Below are positions 18,358-25,905 of a stretch of 32,000 nucleotides of DNA, piece after piece; position 1 is the first letter of the stretch, and every line of letters begins with the position of its first letter. The position numbers were made by a program, and so were the translations under genes. The DNA comes from Archaeoglobus fulgidus DSM 4304. GTDB lineage: Archaea > Halobacteriota > Archaeoglobi > Archaeoglobales > Archaeoglobaceae. The DNA is taken from assembly GCF_000008665.1 (NCBI RefSeq), contig NC_000917.1:210001-242000 (forward strand), read 5' to 3'. The notes below the pieces were generated by a model. The model did not search any database and was not told the origin of the DNA. It was given only the letters and a program-made list of their open reading frames with translations.

Positions 18358-19952
18358 AGTACATTGTAGTGACTGGAGGAGTGATGAGCGGACTGGGCAA
18401 AGGTATCACAGCGGCCTCAATTGGCAGGCTGTTCGTGGACATGGGCTACAGAGTCATTCCGATAAAAATCGACCCATACATTAACATCGATGCAGGAACT
18501 ATGAACCCCTTCCAGCACGGGGAGGTTTACGTTTTGAAGGATGGGACTGAAGTGGACCTCGACCTCGGCCACTACGAGAGGTTTATCGGAGAGGAGGTCA
18601 CGGGAGACCACAACATCACAACGGGGAAGATTTACAAGAGAGTGATTGAGAAAGAGAGAAAGGGGGACTACCTCGGCCAGACGGTGCAGATAATTCCCCA
18701 CGTTACGGACGAGATAAAGAGCTGGATCAGGAGGGTTGCGAAGGAGAGCAACGCAGAAATCTGCCTTGTTGAGATTGGAGGAACTGTTGGAGACATTGAG
18801 GGGATGCCCTTCCTTGAGGCGATAAGGCAGATGCACAATGAGGAGAAGGAGGAGGATTTTGCCCTCGTCCATGTCACCCTCGTTCCGCTTGATGCGGGAG
18901 GAGAGCAGAAGACGAAGCCAACGCAGCACAGTGTGAAGGAGCTGAGAGAGCTTGGACTGCATCCCGACGTAATTGTGGGGAGATGCTCTGAAAGATTGAA
19001 GCCGGCTACGAAGAAGAAGATAGCCCTTTTCTGTGATGTTCCTGAAGAGGCGGTAATCAGCAATGAGGATGCTGAGGACATTTACGAGGTGCCTCTAATT
19101 TTCAAAAGGGAGAAGCTTGATGAGTATCTGATGAGAAAGCTGAATTTAAGGGCAAAAGAAAGCAGAAAAGAGTGGGAGGAGATGGTAAAAAGAATGAAAA
19201 CACTCTACGAGGAGGCTTCAATTGCCATAGTTGGGAAGTATGTTGACGTGAGAGATGCCTATCTCAGCATCAAGGAGGCTTTAAAGCACGGAGGAATAGA
19301 GGCGGGCTGCAAGGTCAACATTGTCTGGGTTGACAGCGAGGACTTAGAGAATGTTGACGACTTCACTCTCGACGTTGATGGAATCCTCGTGCCGGGAGGT
19401 TTTGGAGCGAGGGGGGCCGAGGGGAAGATTAGGGCAATAGAGTATGCGAGGGAAAATGGCGTGCCTTTCCTCGGAATCTGCTTCGGCTTTCAGCTTGCCG
19501 TTATTGAATTTGCCAGAAACGTAGTTGGTTTCAGCGAAGCAAACAGCACGGAGCTTGACGAGAACACACCCCACCCTGTAATCGATCTTCTGCCAGAGCA
19601 GAAGGGGATTGACGAGATGGGTGGGACAATGAGGCTCGGAGACATTGAGGTCACGATCAAGCCGGGCACGATCGCCCACAAGCTCTACGGAAGCGAAAAA
19701 GTTGTTGAAAGGCACAGGCACAGGTACGAGGTAAATCCGGAGTACATTGAGAAAATAGAGAGCAAAGGCCTCGTATTCAGCGCTTATTCAGACGGTGGGA
19801 GAAGGATGGAGATTGCCGAGCTTCCCGACCACCCGTTCTTCTTCGCAACCCAGTTCCATCCAGAATTCAAGTCGAGACCTTACAGACCCTCCCCACCCTT
19901 CGTTGGATTTGTGAGGGCAGCGCTGAAATACAGGAGAGAGGAGGAGATTTGA
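18354..19952 (+). CDS. pyrG: CTP synthase
   Basis: [26 protein letters not shown]...[25 protein letters not shown]; glutaminase [16 protein letters not shown]. Confidence 0.98.
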   Translation: MKYIVVTGGVMSGLGKGITAASIGRLFVDMGYRVIPIKIDPYINIDAGTMNPFQHGEVYVLKDGTEVDLDLGHYERFIGEEVTGDHNITTGKIYKRVIEKERKGDYLGQTVQIIPHVTDEIKSWIRRVAKESNAEICLVEIGGTVGDIEGMPFLEAIRQMHNEEKEEDFALVHVTLVPLDAGGEQKTKPTQHSVKELRELGLHPDVIVGRCSERLKPATKKKIALFCDVPEEAVISNEDAEDIYEVPLIFKREKLDEYLMRKLNLRAKESRKEWEEMVKRMKTLYEEASIAIVGKYVDVRDAYLSIKEALKHGGIEAGCKVNIVWVDSEDLENVDDFTLDVDGILVPGGFGARGAEGKIRAIEYARENGVPFLGICFGFQLAVIEFARNVVGFSEANSTELDENTPHPVIDLLPEQKGIDEMGGTMRLGDIEVTIKPGTIAHKLYGSEKVVERHRHRYEVNPEYIEKIESKGLVFSAYSDGGRRMEIAELPDHPFFFATQFHPEFKSRPYRPSPPFVGFVRAALKYRREEEI

Positions 19953-20863
19953 TGGACGTGGAGAAGTTTGTTGAAAACGCAATTAAGGAGATTAGGGAGA
20001 GAGTTAAAGACGGTAAGGCTATAATAGCCCTCTCAGGAGGTGTGGACAGCTCAGTCTGCACAGTTCTCGCGCACAAGGCATTAGGCGACCGCCTCATTCC
20101 CGTTTTTGTGGACACAGGGCTGATGAGGGAAGGAGAGCCTGAGAAAATAAAGGAAATCTTCGGCAATATGGGGCTTGTGTTCATCGATGCAAAGGAGGAA
20201 TTTTTCAAGGCTCTCAAGGGTGTCACAGACCCGGAGGAAAAAAGGAAAGTTATCGGTGAGCTTTTCGTAAGAATATTTGAAAGGGTTGCTGAAGAGCACA
20301 ACGCTGAGTACCTCATTCAGGGAACAATTTATCCGGACATTATCGAAAGTCAGGGGGGTATAAAGAGCCACCACAACGTCGGAGGTTTTCCCACAAGCTA
20401 CAAGTTTAAGGACGTTATAGAGCCGCTGAGGGAGCTTTACAAGGACGAGGTGAGGGAGGTTGCGAGATATCTCGGTCTGCCGAAGGAGATTTCCGAGAGA
20501 ATGCCGTTTCCCGGTCCCGGTTTGGCGGTCAGAATCGTCGGAGAGGTAACACCTGAAAAGGTCGAGATCGTCAGAAAGGCGAACAAGATAGTGGAGGAGG
20601 AGCTTGCAGACTACGATAAGTGGCAGTGCTTCGCAGCCCTCATAGGCAAGGCCACCGGTGTGAAGGGGGACGTGAGGGTATGGGGATACATCATTGCCGT
20701 TAGAGCAGTGGAGTCGAGGGACGGGATGACGGCAGACCCAATAAAGATAGACTACGATAGGTTGAGGAGAATCGCACTGAGAATTACCGGAGAGATAGAC
20801 AAAGTTTCGAGAGTTGTTTACGACATAACCCCCAAACCTCCAGCGACAATCGAATACGAGTAG
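19952..20863 (+). CDS. guaAB: GMP synthase subunit B (PP-loop ATPase subunit)
   Basis: [23 protein letters not shown]...VDTGLMR...SHHNVGG; no glutaminase domain, as in split archaeal GMP synthases. Confidence 0.96.
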   Translation: MDVEKFVENAIKEIRERVKDGKAIIALSGGVDSSVCTVLAHKALGDRLIPVFVDTGLMREGEPEKIKEIFGNMGLVFIDAKEEFFKALKGVTDPEEKRKVIGELFVRIFERVAEEHNAEYLIQGTIYPDIIESQGGIKSHHNVGGFPTSYKFKDVIEPLRELYKDEVREVARYLGLPKEISERMPFPGPGLAVRIVGEVTPEKVEIVRKANKIVEEELADYDKWQCFAALIGKATGVKGDVRVWGYIIAVRAVESRDGMTADPIKIDYDRLRRIALRITGEIDKVSRVVYDITPKPPATIEYE

Positions 20864-22183
20864 CTACGGCAATCCGAGCTTCCTGAATATGTTCCTCGCC
20901 GCGACAACCAGCGGGTCCCAAACTCTCGAAACGGGCGGATAGTAGGGGAAGTCGCAGAAGAAAAGGTCTTTCACATCTCCATTTTTGTGCAGAAGTGCTG
21001 AGGCAGCGTAAACTCTCATCGCCACGTCCTTCCCCACCGCCTGCAGGCCGAGCAGCTTACCATTTCTGTCGGCAACGACTTTCAGGTGGATTAAACCGCC
21101 TGGAAGGTAGCGAGCGGAGGTTCTTGAAGTTATGAAGGCTGAAACAACCTCATATCCAAACCTTATTGCCTCATTCTCGCTTAAACCCGCCTTTCCTATT
21201 TCGATGTCCTTGAAACCGGTTAGCTGGCTTTTCAGCGAGCCCGGGTAGTGCATTTCAAGCCCGGCCATGTTGACACCCGCAACGTACCCCATCTTGTTTG
21301 CCGGAGCGGCGAGCGGTATCCAGTCCTCCCTGCCTGTTACGATATTGATCGACTCCGCACAGTCTCCAGCAGCGTAAACATTTTCTCTGCTCGTTTCCAT
21401 CCTGCTGTTCGTCCTGATTGCCCCCTTAACACCAAGCTCAACGAAACCTTTCGCGAGGTCAGTGTTGGGCGCAACTCCAACAGCTATTATTGCCAATTCG
21501 CATGGATACTCGCCCTTGTTTGTTACAACTTTTTCTACTCTGTCTTTTCCTTCAAAAGCCGTCACTTTTTCACTCAGTCTTAGGTTTACGTATTTCTCCA
21601 TCTCTGATTTAATTATTGCGGCAATTTCAGCGTCATACTCGGGAAGTGGTCGCTCCATCACCTCAATGACTGTGACGTTTTTTCCAAGTCTTGTTATAGC
21701 ATCCGCCATTTCCACTCCTATATAGCCAGAGCCAACAACAACCACGTTATCGACTTTCATTGCCTCTATTTTGACTCTCTCCGCATTTTCGATGTCGTCA
21801 ACGTAAATAACGCCCTCCAAGTTCTCTCCTTCCACATTTAGCCGAACTGCTTTTGATCCAGTGGCGAATAGCAACTTGTCCCACTCATAGGATGCTTCTT
21901 TCCCACCCTCATCAACGGTTAGCCTACCCTCCTCAATTTCCACAACCCTCGCGTTGGTATGAACATCAATACCCCTCTCACGCTTGAAGTAATCTATGTC
22001 GTAAGCGCAAAGCTCATCGAACTTCTCGACAGCGCCTCCAACGAAAAAGGGAATTCCGCAAGGAGCGTGACTAACCCATCTCGACTTCTCAAAAACCTTG
22101 ACGTCCCAGTTGGGTCTTAAAGCTTTCACTCTTGAAGCTGCACTCATTCCAGCAGCGCCACCGCCTATAATTGCAACCTTCAC
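20864..22183 (-). CDS. FAD/NAD(P)-dependent oxidoreductase, CoA-disulfide reductase/NADH oxidase family
   Basis: MKVAIIGGGAAGMSAASRVKALRP...SHAPCGIPFFVGG with the active-site Cys context; second Rossmann motif VVVVGSGYIGVEMADAITRLG. Confidence 0.92.
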   Translation of the reverse strand: MKVAIIGGGAAGMSAASRVKALRPNWDVKVFEKSRWVSHAPCGIPFFVGGAVEKFDELCAYDIDYFKRERGIDVHTNARVVEIEEGRLTVDEGGKEASYEWDKLLFATGSKAVRLNVEGENLEGVIYVDDIENAERVKIEAMKVDNVVVVGSGYIGVEMADAITRLGKNVTVIEVMERPLPEYDAEIAAIIKSEMEKYVNLRLSEKVTAFEGKDRVEKVVTNKGEYPCELAIIAVGVAPNTDLAKGFVELGVKGAIRTNSRMETSRENVYAAGDCAESINIVTGREDWIPLAAPANKMGYVAGVNMAGLEMHYPGSLKSQLTGFKDIEIGKAGLSENEAIRFGYEVVSAFITSRTSARYLPGGLIHLKVVADRNGKLLGLQAVGKDVAMRVYAASALLHKNGDVKDLFFCDFPYYPPVSRVWDPLVVAARNIFRKLGLP

Positions 22184-22212
22184 AACCTCAATAAAATCCG
22201 AATTTTTTAAGG

Positions 22213-22253
22213 TTTTCTGAGGCTTAGCAGTGCCATCTTTGTGGCTCAGAAAA
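22213..22253. repeat. 9-bp perfect inverted repeat between tRNA-Ser and the oxidoreductase
   Basis: TTTTCTGAG (22213-22221) / CTCAGAAAA (22245-22253), 23-nt loop. Confidence 0.7.
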
Positions 22254-22268
22254 GCACCAAAGTTTCAG

Positions 22269-22349
22269 CGCCGGGGGTGGGATTCGAACCCACGCGGGCA
22301 ACGCCCAACGGCTTAGCAGGCCGTCGCCTTACCGCTCGGCAACCCCGGC
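22269..22349 (-). tRNA. tRNA-Ser (anticodon GCT)
   Basis: GCCGGGG acceptor, long variable arm TGGGCGTTGCCCGC, loop CTGCTAA, T arm GTGGGTTCGAATCCCAC; CCA not encoded. Confidence 0.97.
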
Positions 22350-22464
22350 TCAACTTTTCTTCGCAACGAGCAATTTAAGGATTTTGGTCACGGATGTGAC
22401 GGCTTGATAAAATGTGGGAAAGAGTTAAATTAAATTTTGCCAATGTATTTTTGAGGTGGTATTG

Positions 22465-22719
22465 ATGGGTGAGAAAGTAAGAGATAGGGAGCATCACGAG
22501 AGGCTTTTTAAGGCTTCGATGAGCCCTATAAGAAGGCAGATTGTTGCCGCGATAGGCGTTCAGGGCAAGACGAGGGAAGAGCTAAAAAAGGAGCTTGAAC
22601 TCTCCGATTTCCAGTTCAAGTTCAATCTGGACTGGCTCATAAGAGAGGGGTTTGTAAAAGAGGAAGATGGGAAGCTGAAGCTTACTGACGACGGGATTGA
22701 GCTGCTTGAGGCCGGTTAA
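22465..22719 (+). CDS. Small winged-helix DNA-binding protein
   Basis: SPIRRQIVAAIGVQGKTREELKKELELSDFQFKFNLDWLIREGFVKEEDGKLKLTDDG; ORF-track start at 22456 is 9 nt upstream of the ATG. Confidence 0.72.
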   Translation: MGEKVRDREHHERLFKASMSPIRRQIVAAIGVQGKTREELKKELELSDFQFKFNLDWLIREGFVKEEDGKLKLTDDGIELLEAG

Positions 22720-23837
22720 GTAACTATCTCTTCCATTCTTTTGAGCTCCATCGCCTTTTTTATTTCCATCATTGTCAAATCCAGTGGGTCTTCTATCTTC
22801 ACACCATGCTTAAGTGTGAGGTTTCTCATCTCCGGCGATGTGGGGCCTATTGCAGGGTCGCCAGGAACCCTGAAGGAGACATCGAAGATTACGAACTCAA
22901 GCTTCGTCTCATCCTCGGGAGAGTAAGCCATTGCTCCCTGCAGACCGAACATGCCTATGATTCCCGGTGGAAATTCAGCTTTGCAGGCTTCGATGAACTT
23001 CTCTGCAGCCTCGTAAACTTCTTGCTGCTTGCTCTCCCTCATGGTAACTCCGAAATGACCAATCTCCTCGTTCTTTACCGGAACGTTAATCTTTAGCTGA
23101 TCCTTCGCAGGCAGGTTCAGAAATCCCTGCAGGTTGACCTGTCTCCTGTCGCTGAACCCCACAAAGTCAAAGTTCCCAAACACGTCTTTAAGGGCGTAAC
23201 TGTGGAAGTTGGCGTTGAACCTCGCTCCCAACACGTACTCCTCTATTCTGGCCTTTTTTAGCCCCTCCTCGTCAATTACACCTTCCTTCAGCAATCTCTC
23301 AGCCTGCTCGTAGTAGTCTTCCGGCGAAACGGCGTAGAAAAAGGCTCTTTCGAGTGGATTCTTCGCCTGCTGAACCTTGACTATCACGAGCCTGTCGATC
23401 TCCTCCGGAGACTTGAACTCCTTGGGATACCTCAAACCTGCCTTTTCGAGAAGGTAGTACTGGTTTTTAGGGTGGTTTCTCTCCTCAGCTCTCAGCATAA
23501 ACCTGTTGCCGTAAATCGGGACTTCAAACTCCTTCTCTATACCGTCGTAACCGACATACACGGCAAAGCTCCTGTTGGGGATGAAAATGGTGTTCAATTC
23601 GAGTAGTTTTTCCTGAATTTCCCTGTTAAGTATGTCCTTAAACTTCTCGACCATTATCACCTCATCATAAAGGTGCCTGTTGTATTTGGTGTAAAGCTTG
23701 TCCCTTCCCCTCTGCACGACGATGACTGTCTTGAAGCCCCAGGCTTTTGCAGCCATTCCCACTTCCTTCGCTGAGTGAGAGCCGAAAATTCCTATGGTGA
23801 CGTCCTCGTAACTGGCTGCGATTTTCCGCGGATTCAT
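22716..23837 (-). CDS. purP: FAICAR/5-formaminoimidazole-4-carboxamide ribotide synthetase
   Basis: ATP-grasp protein with IGIFGSHSAKEVGMAAKAWGFKTVVVVQ-type N-terminus and GARFNANFHSYALKDVFGNFDFVGFSDRRQVNLQG. Confidence 0.93.
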   Translation of the reverse strand: MNPRKIAASYEDVTIGIFGSHSAKEVGMAAKAWGFKTVIVVQRGRDKLYTKYNRHLYDEVIMVEKFKDILNREIQEKLLELNTIFIPNRSFAVYVGYDGIEKEFEVPIYGNRFMLRAEERNHPKNQYYLLEKAGLRYPKEFKSPEEIDRLVIVKVQQAKNPLERAFFYAVSPEDYYEQAERLLKEGVIDEEGLKKARIEEYVLGARFNANFHSYALKDVFGNFDFVGFSDRRQVNLQGFLNLPAKDQLKINVPVKNEEIGHFGVTMRESKQQEVYEAAEKFIEACKAEFPPGIIGMFGLQGAMAYSPEDETKLEFVIFDVSFRVPGDPAIGPTSPEMRNLTLKHGVKIEDPLDLTMMEIKKAMELKRMEEIVT

Positions 23838-23880
23838 GTTTCACGTTGTGTCGCACTTAAAAAATTGATTGGTAATGTAT

Positions 23881-24068
23881 TGCAGTGCGAAAGTTTCGGA
23901 CTTTTACAAAATTCTCAACACGAACACCGCAATAAACAAATGGCAGAGAAGTACGGGATTTCAAAAGATGATGTTCTCGATGCAATTGAATATGCTGCAA
24001 AAACCATGCTAAGGAGGAAATCAGGAAATATGCGAAAATCTAAGTTTTTGCTGGATGCCAACATTTAG
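23881..24068 (+). pseudogene. Truncated DUF433-like antitoxin with the start of a DUF5615-like toxin
   Basis: MAEKYGISKDDVLDAIEYAAKTMLRR resembles the DUF433 C-terminus; downstream MRKSKFLLDANI resembles the DUF5615/PIN-like N-terminus, then stops. Confidence 0.55.
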
Positions 24069-24139
24069 CTTTAAGCACAGAGGTGATTAGAACTTTCGGT
24101 TGGTTCAAGAGAGTTTGGAAATTCTTCTACCAAAACAAA

Positions 24140-24882
24140 TTACTCATACTTATGCAACCTCACAACGATTTCATCTCCATTTTCCAAATCCTCACCATTA
24201 ACCTCTACAACGCCCACAAATCGATTATCTGATGTTTTAACTGTTACGACATAAACTCCATAATTCCTCAGCACAGTTTGATATTTTCCACTCTCATCTG
24301 TCTCGCCTCTTTCAATCAGAGGGTCATACCAGTTTTTCAACGCGAAGATTTCCACTTCCGCATTTTTTGCTTGGTCTATCGTTTGCTTCACCTGCAGCGG
24401 GGTCTATTATCGCAGTAATCGTGACATTCACAGCATTAAAGCCGTGTTCGTCGAGGACAGAGATTCCGGTGTCATCTTTCAGGTTGTATAGACTTTCGTA
24501 AACGTTTCTGTAACTCCCTTTTAGATGTTCGGCGTATGATTCAGCCTTTACAGGATAATTGGGCGTTGTAAATATCCCGTCGAAAACTGACGATACCATG
24601 ATACTCAGACTCCACGGCAACAACCATTGTGATTTGAGAGAGCAACCAGAAAATGACGAACAAAGCCATTATTTGCCTTGCCAATCTCTTCAAGTTCTTC
24701 TCAGATTTTTGAAACTTATATGCGAAAACTGCCAGTGAAAAAATTAGAGAGATTAGCAGTGGGTAAATTGTTAAAACTTCAATTAACGGATAAATTACAG
24801 ACAAGACTGGAACCTCGACAAAAACGATAAACACGATAATTGGCAATGAAGGAAATATGCTTTTCCTAACTTCAATGCTCAT
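24140..24882 (-). pseudogene. Membrane protein with C-terminal extracytoplasmic Ig/carboxypeptidase-regulatory-like domain, split by two apparent frameshifts
   Basis: Overlapping same-strand ORFs 24882-24541, 24623-24324 and 24391-24140. Removing one base near 24583-24586 and one from the A6/T6 run at 24363-24368 gives one 246-aa frame. Confidence 0.65.
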
Positions 24883-24933
24883 GTAAAAGATTAAAGAAGC
24901 AAAAAATATTAACTTTGCACTGCTAAAACAAAC

Positions 24934-25305
24934 ATGGAACTTAACCCTAAACTCTCAAAAATCATCGAAACTATCAAATCCCATCCCAAAGTAATTGCAA
25001 TCTACCTCTTCGGCTCTCACGCTAAAGGAAATGCGACACCTCTCTCAGACATAGACATTGCAGTTATAATGGAAAATCCAACCCCTGAAAGCGAAGCAGA
25101 TATCGGAAGCCTATCATCTCCAGAAATTGATGTGGTCCTTTTCCACCGCCTTCCTCTGCACATAAAACACGAGGTATTCAAGTATGGAAGAGAGCTTTTT
25201 GTGAGAGATGAAGAGAAGCTTGCGGAGATAAAGTTCAGGGTTATGAGAGAATACCTCGACACGTCTCGAATGTATAAGCGCATTTCATCAGAGGTGCTTG
25301 GATGA
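24934..25305 (+). CDS. MNT-type minimal nucleotidyltransferase (MntA-like)
   Basis: YLFGSHAKGNATPLSDIDIAVIM (GSx(n)G..SDIDI) active-site motif, EIDVVLF third acidic strand. Confidence 0.88.
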   Translation: MELNPKLSKIIETIKSHPKVIAIYLFGSHAKGNATPLSDIDIAVIMENPTPESEADIGSLSSPEIDVVLFHRLPLHIKHEVFKYGRELFVRDEEKLAEIKFRVMREYLDTSRMYKRISSEVLG

Positions 25306-25454
25306 GGTTTGCAGAGCTCGTTTTGCGTTTTGAGAAGCATCTAAGAGGTACAATGAATCTCAAATCCAAGGATGTGAAGGATTACTTCATTTACAACACT
25401 CTCGCAATGGAGTGCTTTCAGGCTGCCAATACACTCATGAGGCGGGATACATAA
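25302..25454 (+). pseudogene. Truncated HEPN/HepT-like partner of the nucleotidyltransferase
   Basis: ATGA overlap; MRFAELVLRFEKHLRGTMNLKSKDVKDYFIYNTLAMECFQAANTLMRRDT* is like the N-terminal helices of DUF86/HepT, but the Rx4-6H motif is missing. Confidence 0.6.
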
Positions 25455-25498
25455 GCGATGATGAGAGAACATGTCGCCCCAGCCTCTAAAGAAATAAA

Positions 25499-25571
25499 TG
25501 GGCTCGCCCGGATTCGAACCGGGGACCTCCTGCGTGTGAGGCAGGCGTCATAACCACTAGACCACGAGCCC
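25499..25571 (-). tRNA. tRNA-Val (anticodon CAC)
   Basis: GGGCTCG acceptor, anticodon arm CCTGC-CTCACAC-GCAGG, T arm CCCGGTTCGAATCCGGG. Confidence 0.97.
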
Positions 25572-25640
25572 TTAAGGGTTGTTGAGGCTGAATTGTTTAT
25601 ATTTTTGTTGCTCCCGACGGCCTTTCATCGCGTGCTACTG

Positions 25641-25665
25641 CACCCTCCGGCCGCAACGGCGGGTG
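25641..25665. ncRNA. GC-rich hairpin in an AT-rich gap; candidate small RNA core
   Basis: CACCC-TCCG-GCCG-CAA-CGGC-GGGTG, between tRNA-Val and tRNA-Asp, with TTTATAT about 40 nt upstream on the + strand and TTTAAAT on the - strand side. Confidence 0.3.
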
Positions 25666-25748
25666 ATGTAAGTTGGTTTTTCTGGATTTAAAATTAGCGG
25701 TTCACCTTTTGTGTAGTGTTACAAAAATAAGCTCTTAAGCGATGAGAG

Positions 25749-25858
25749 CGCCCGGGCCGGGATTTGAACCCGAGTCGCGGGCTTTCCGCGGATTTAGGGC
25801 TTAAGGACCCCATCTCCACGACAGGCCCGCATGATAGGCCGGACTACACCACCCGGGC
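25749..25858 (-). tRNA. tRNA-Asp (anticodon GTC) containing a 35-nt intron at the canonical position
   Basis: Exons GCCCGGG...CGGGC-CTGTCG and A-GCCCG...TCGGGTTCAAATCCCGGCCCGGGC; intervening TGGAGATGGGGTCCTTAAGCCCTAAATCCGCGGAA between positions 37 and 38. Confidence 0.92.
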
Positions 25859-25905
25859 TTGTGGCTCTTTCGACCTTAATCTCATTGGGCTTTTAAGGAT
25901 TTTGG

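Noticed and set aside
19344-20374. Antisense ORFs over pyrG/guaAB
   Set aside because: Opposed to fully conserved enzymes.
23775-23940. N-terminal part of the 97-aa + ORF 23775..24068
   Set aside because: The first half overlaps the purP start region antisense and is not antitoxin-like; only the part after about 23940 resembles DUF433.
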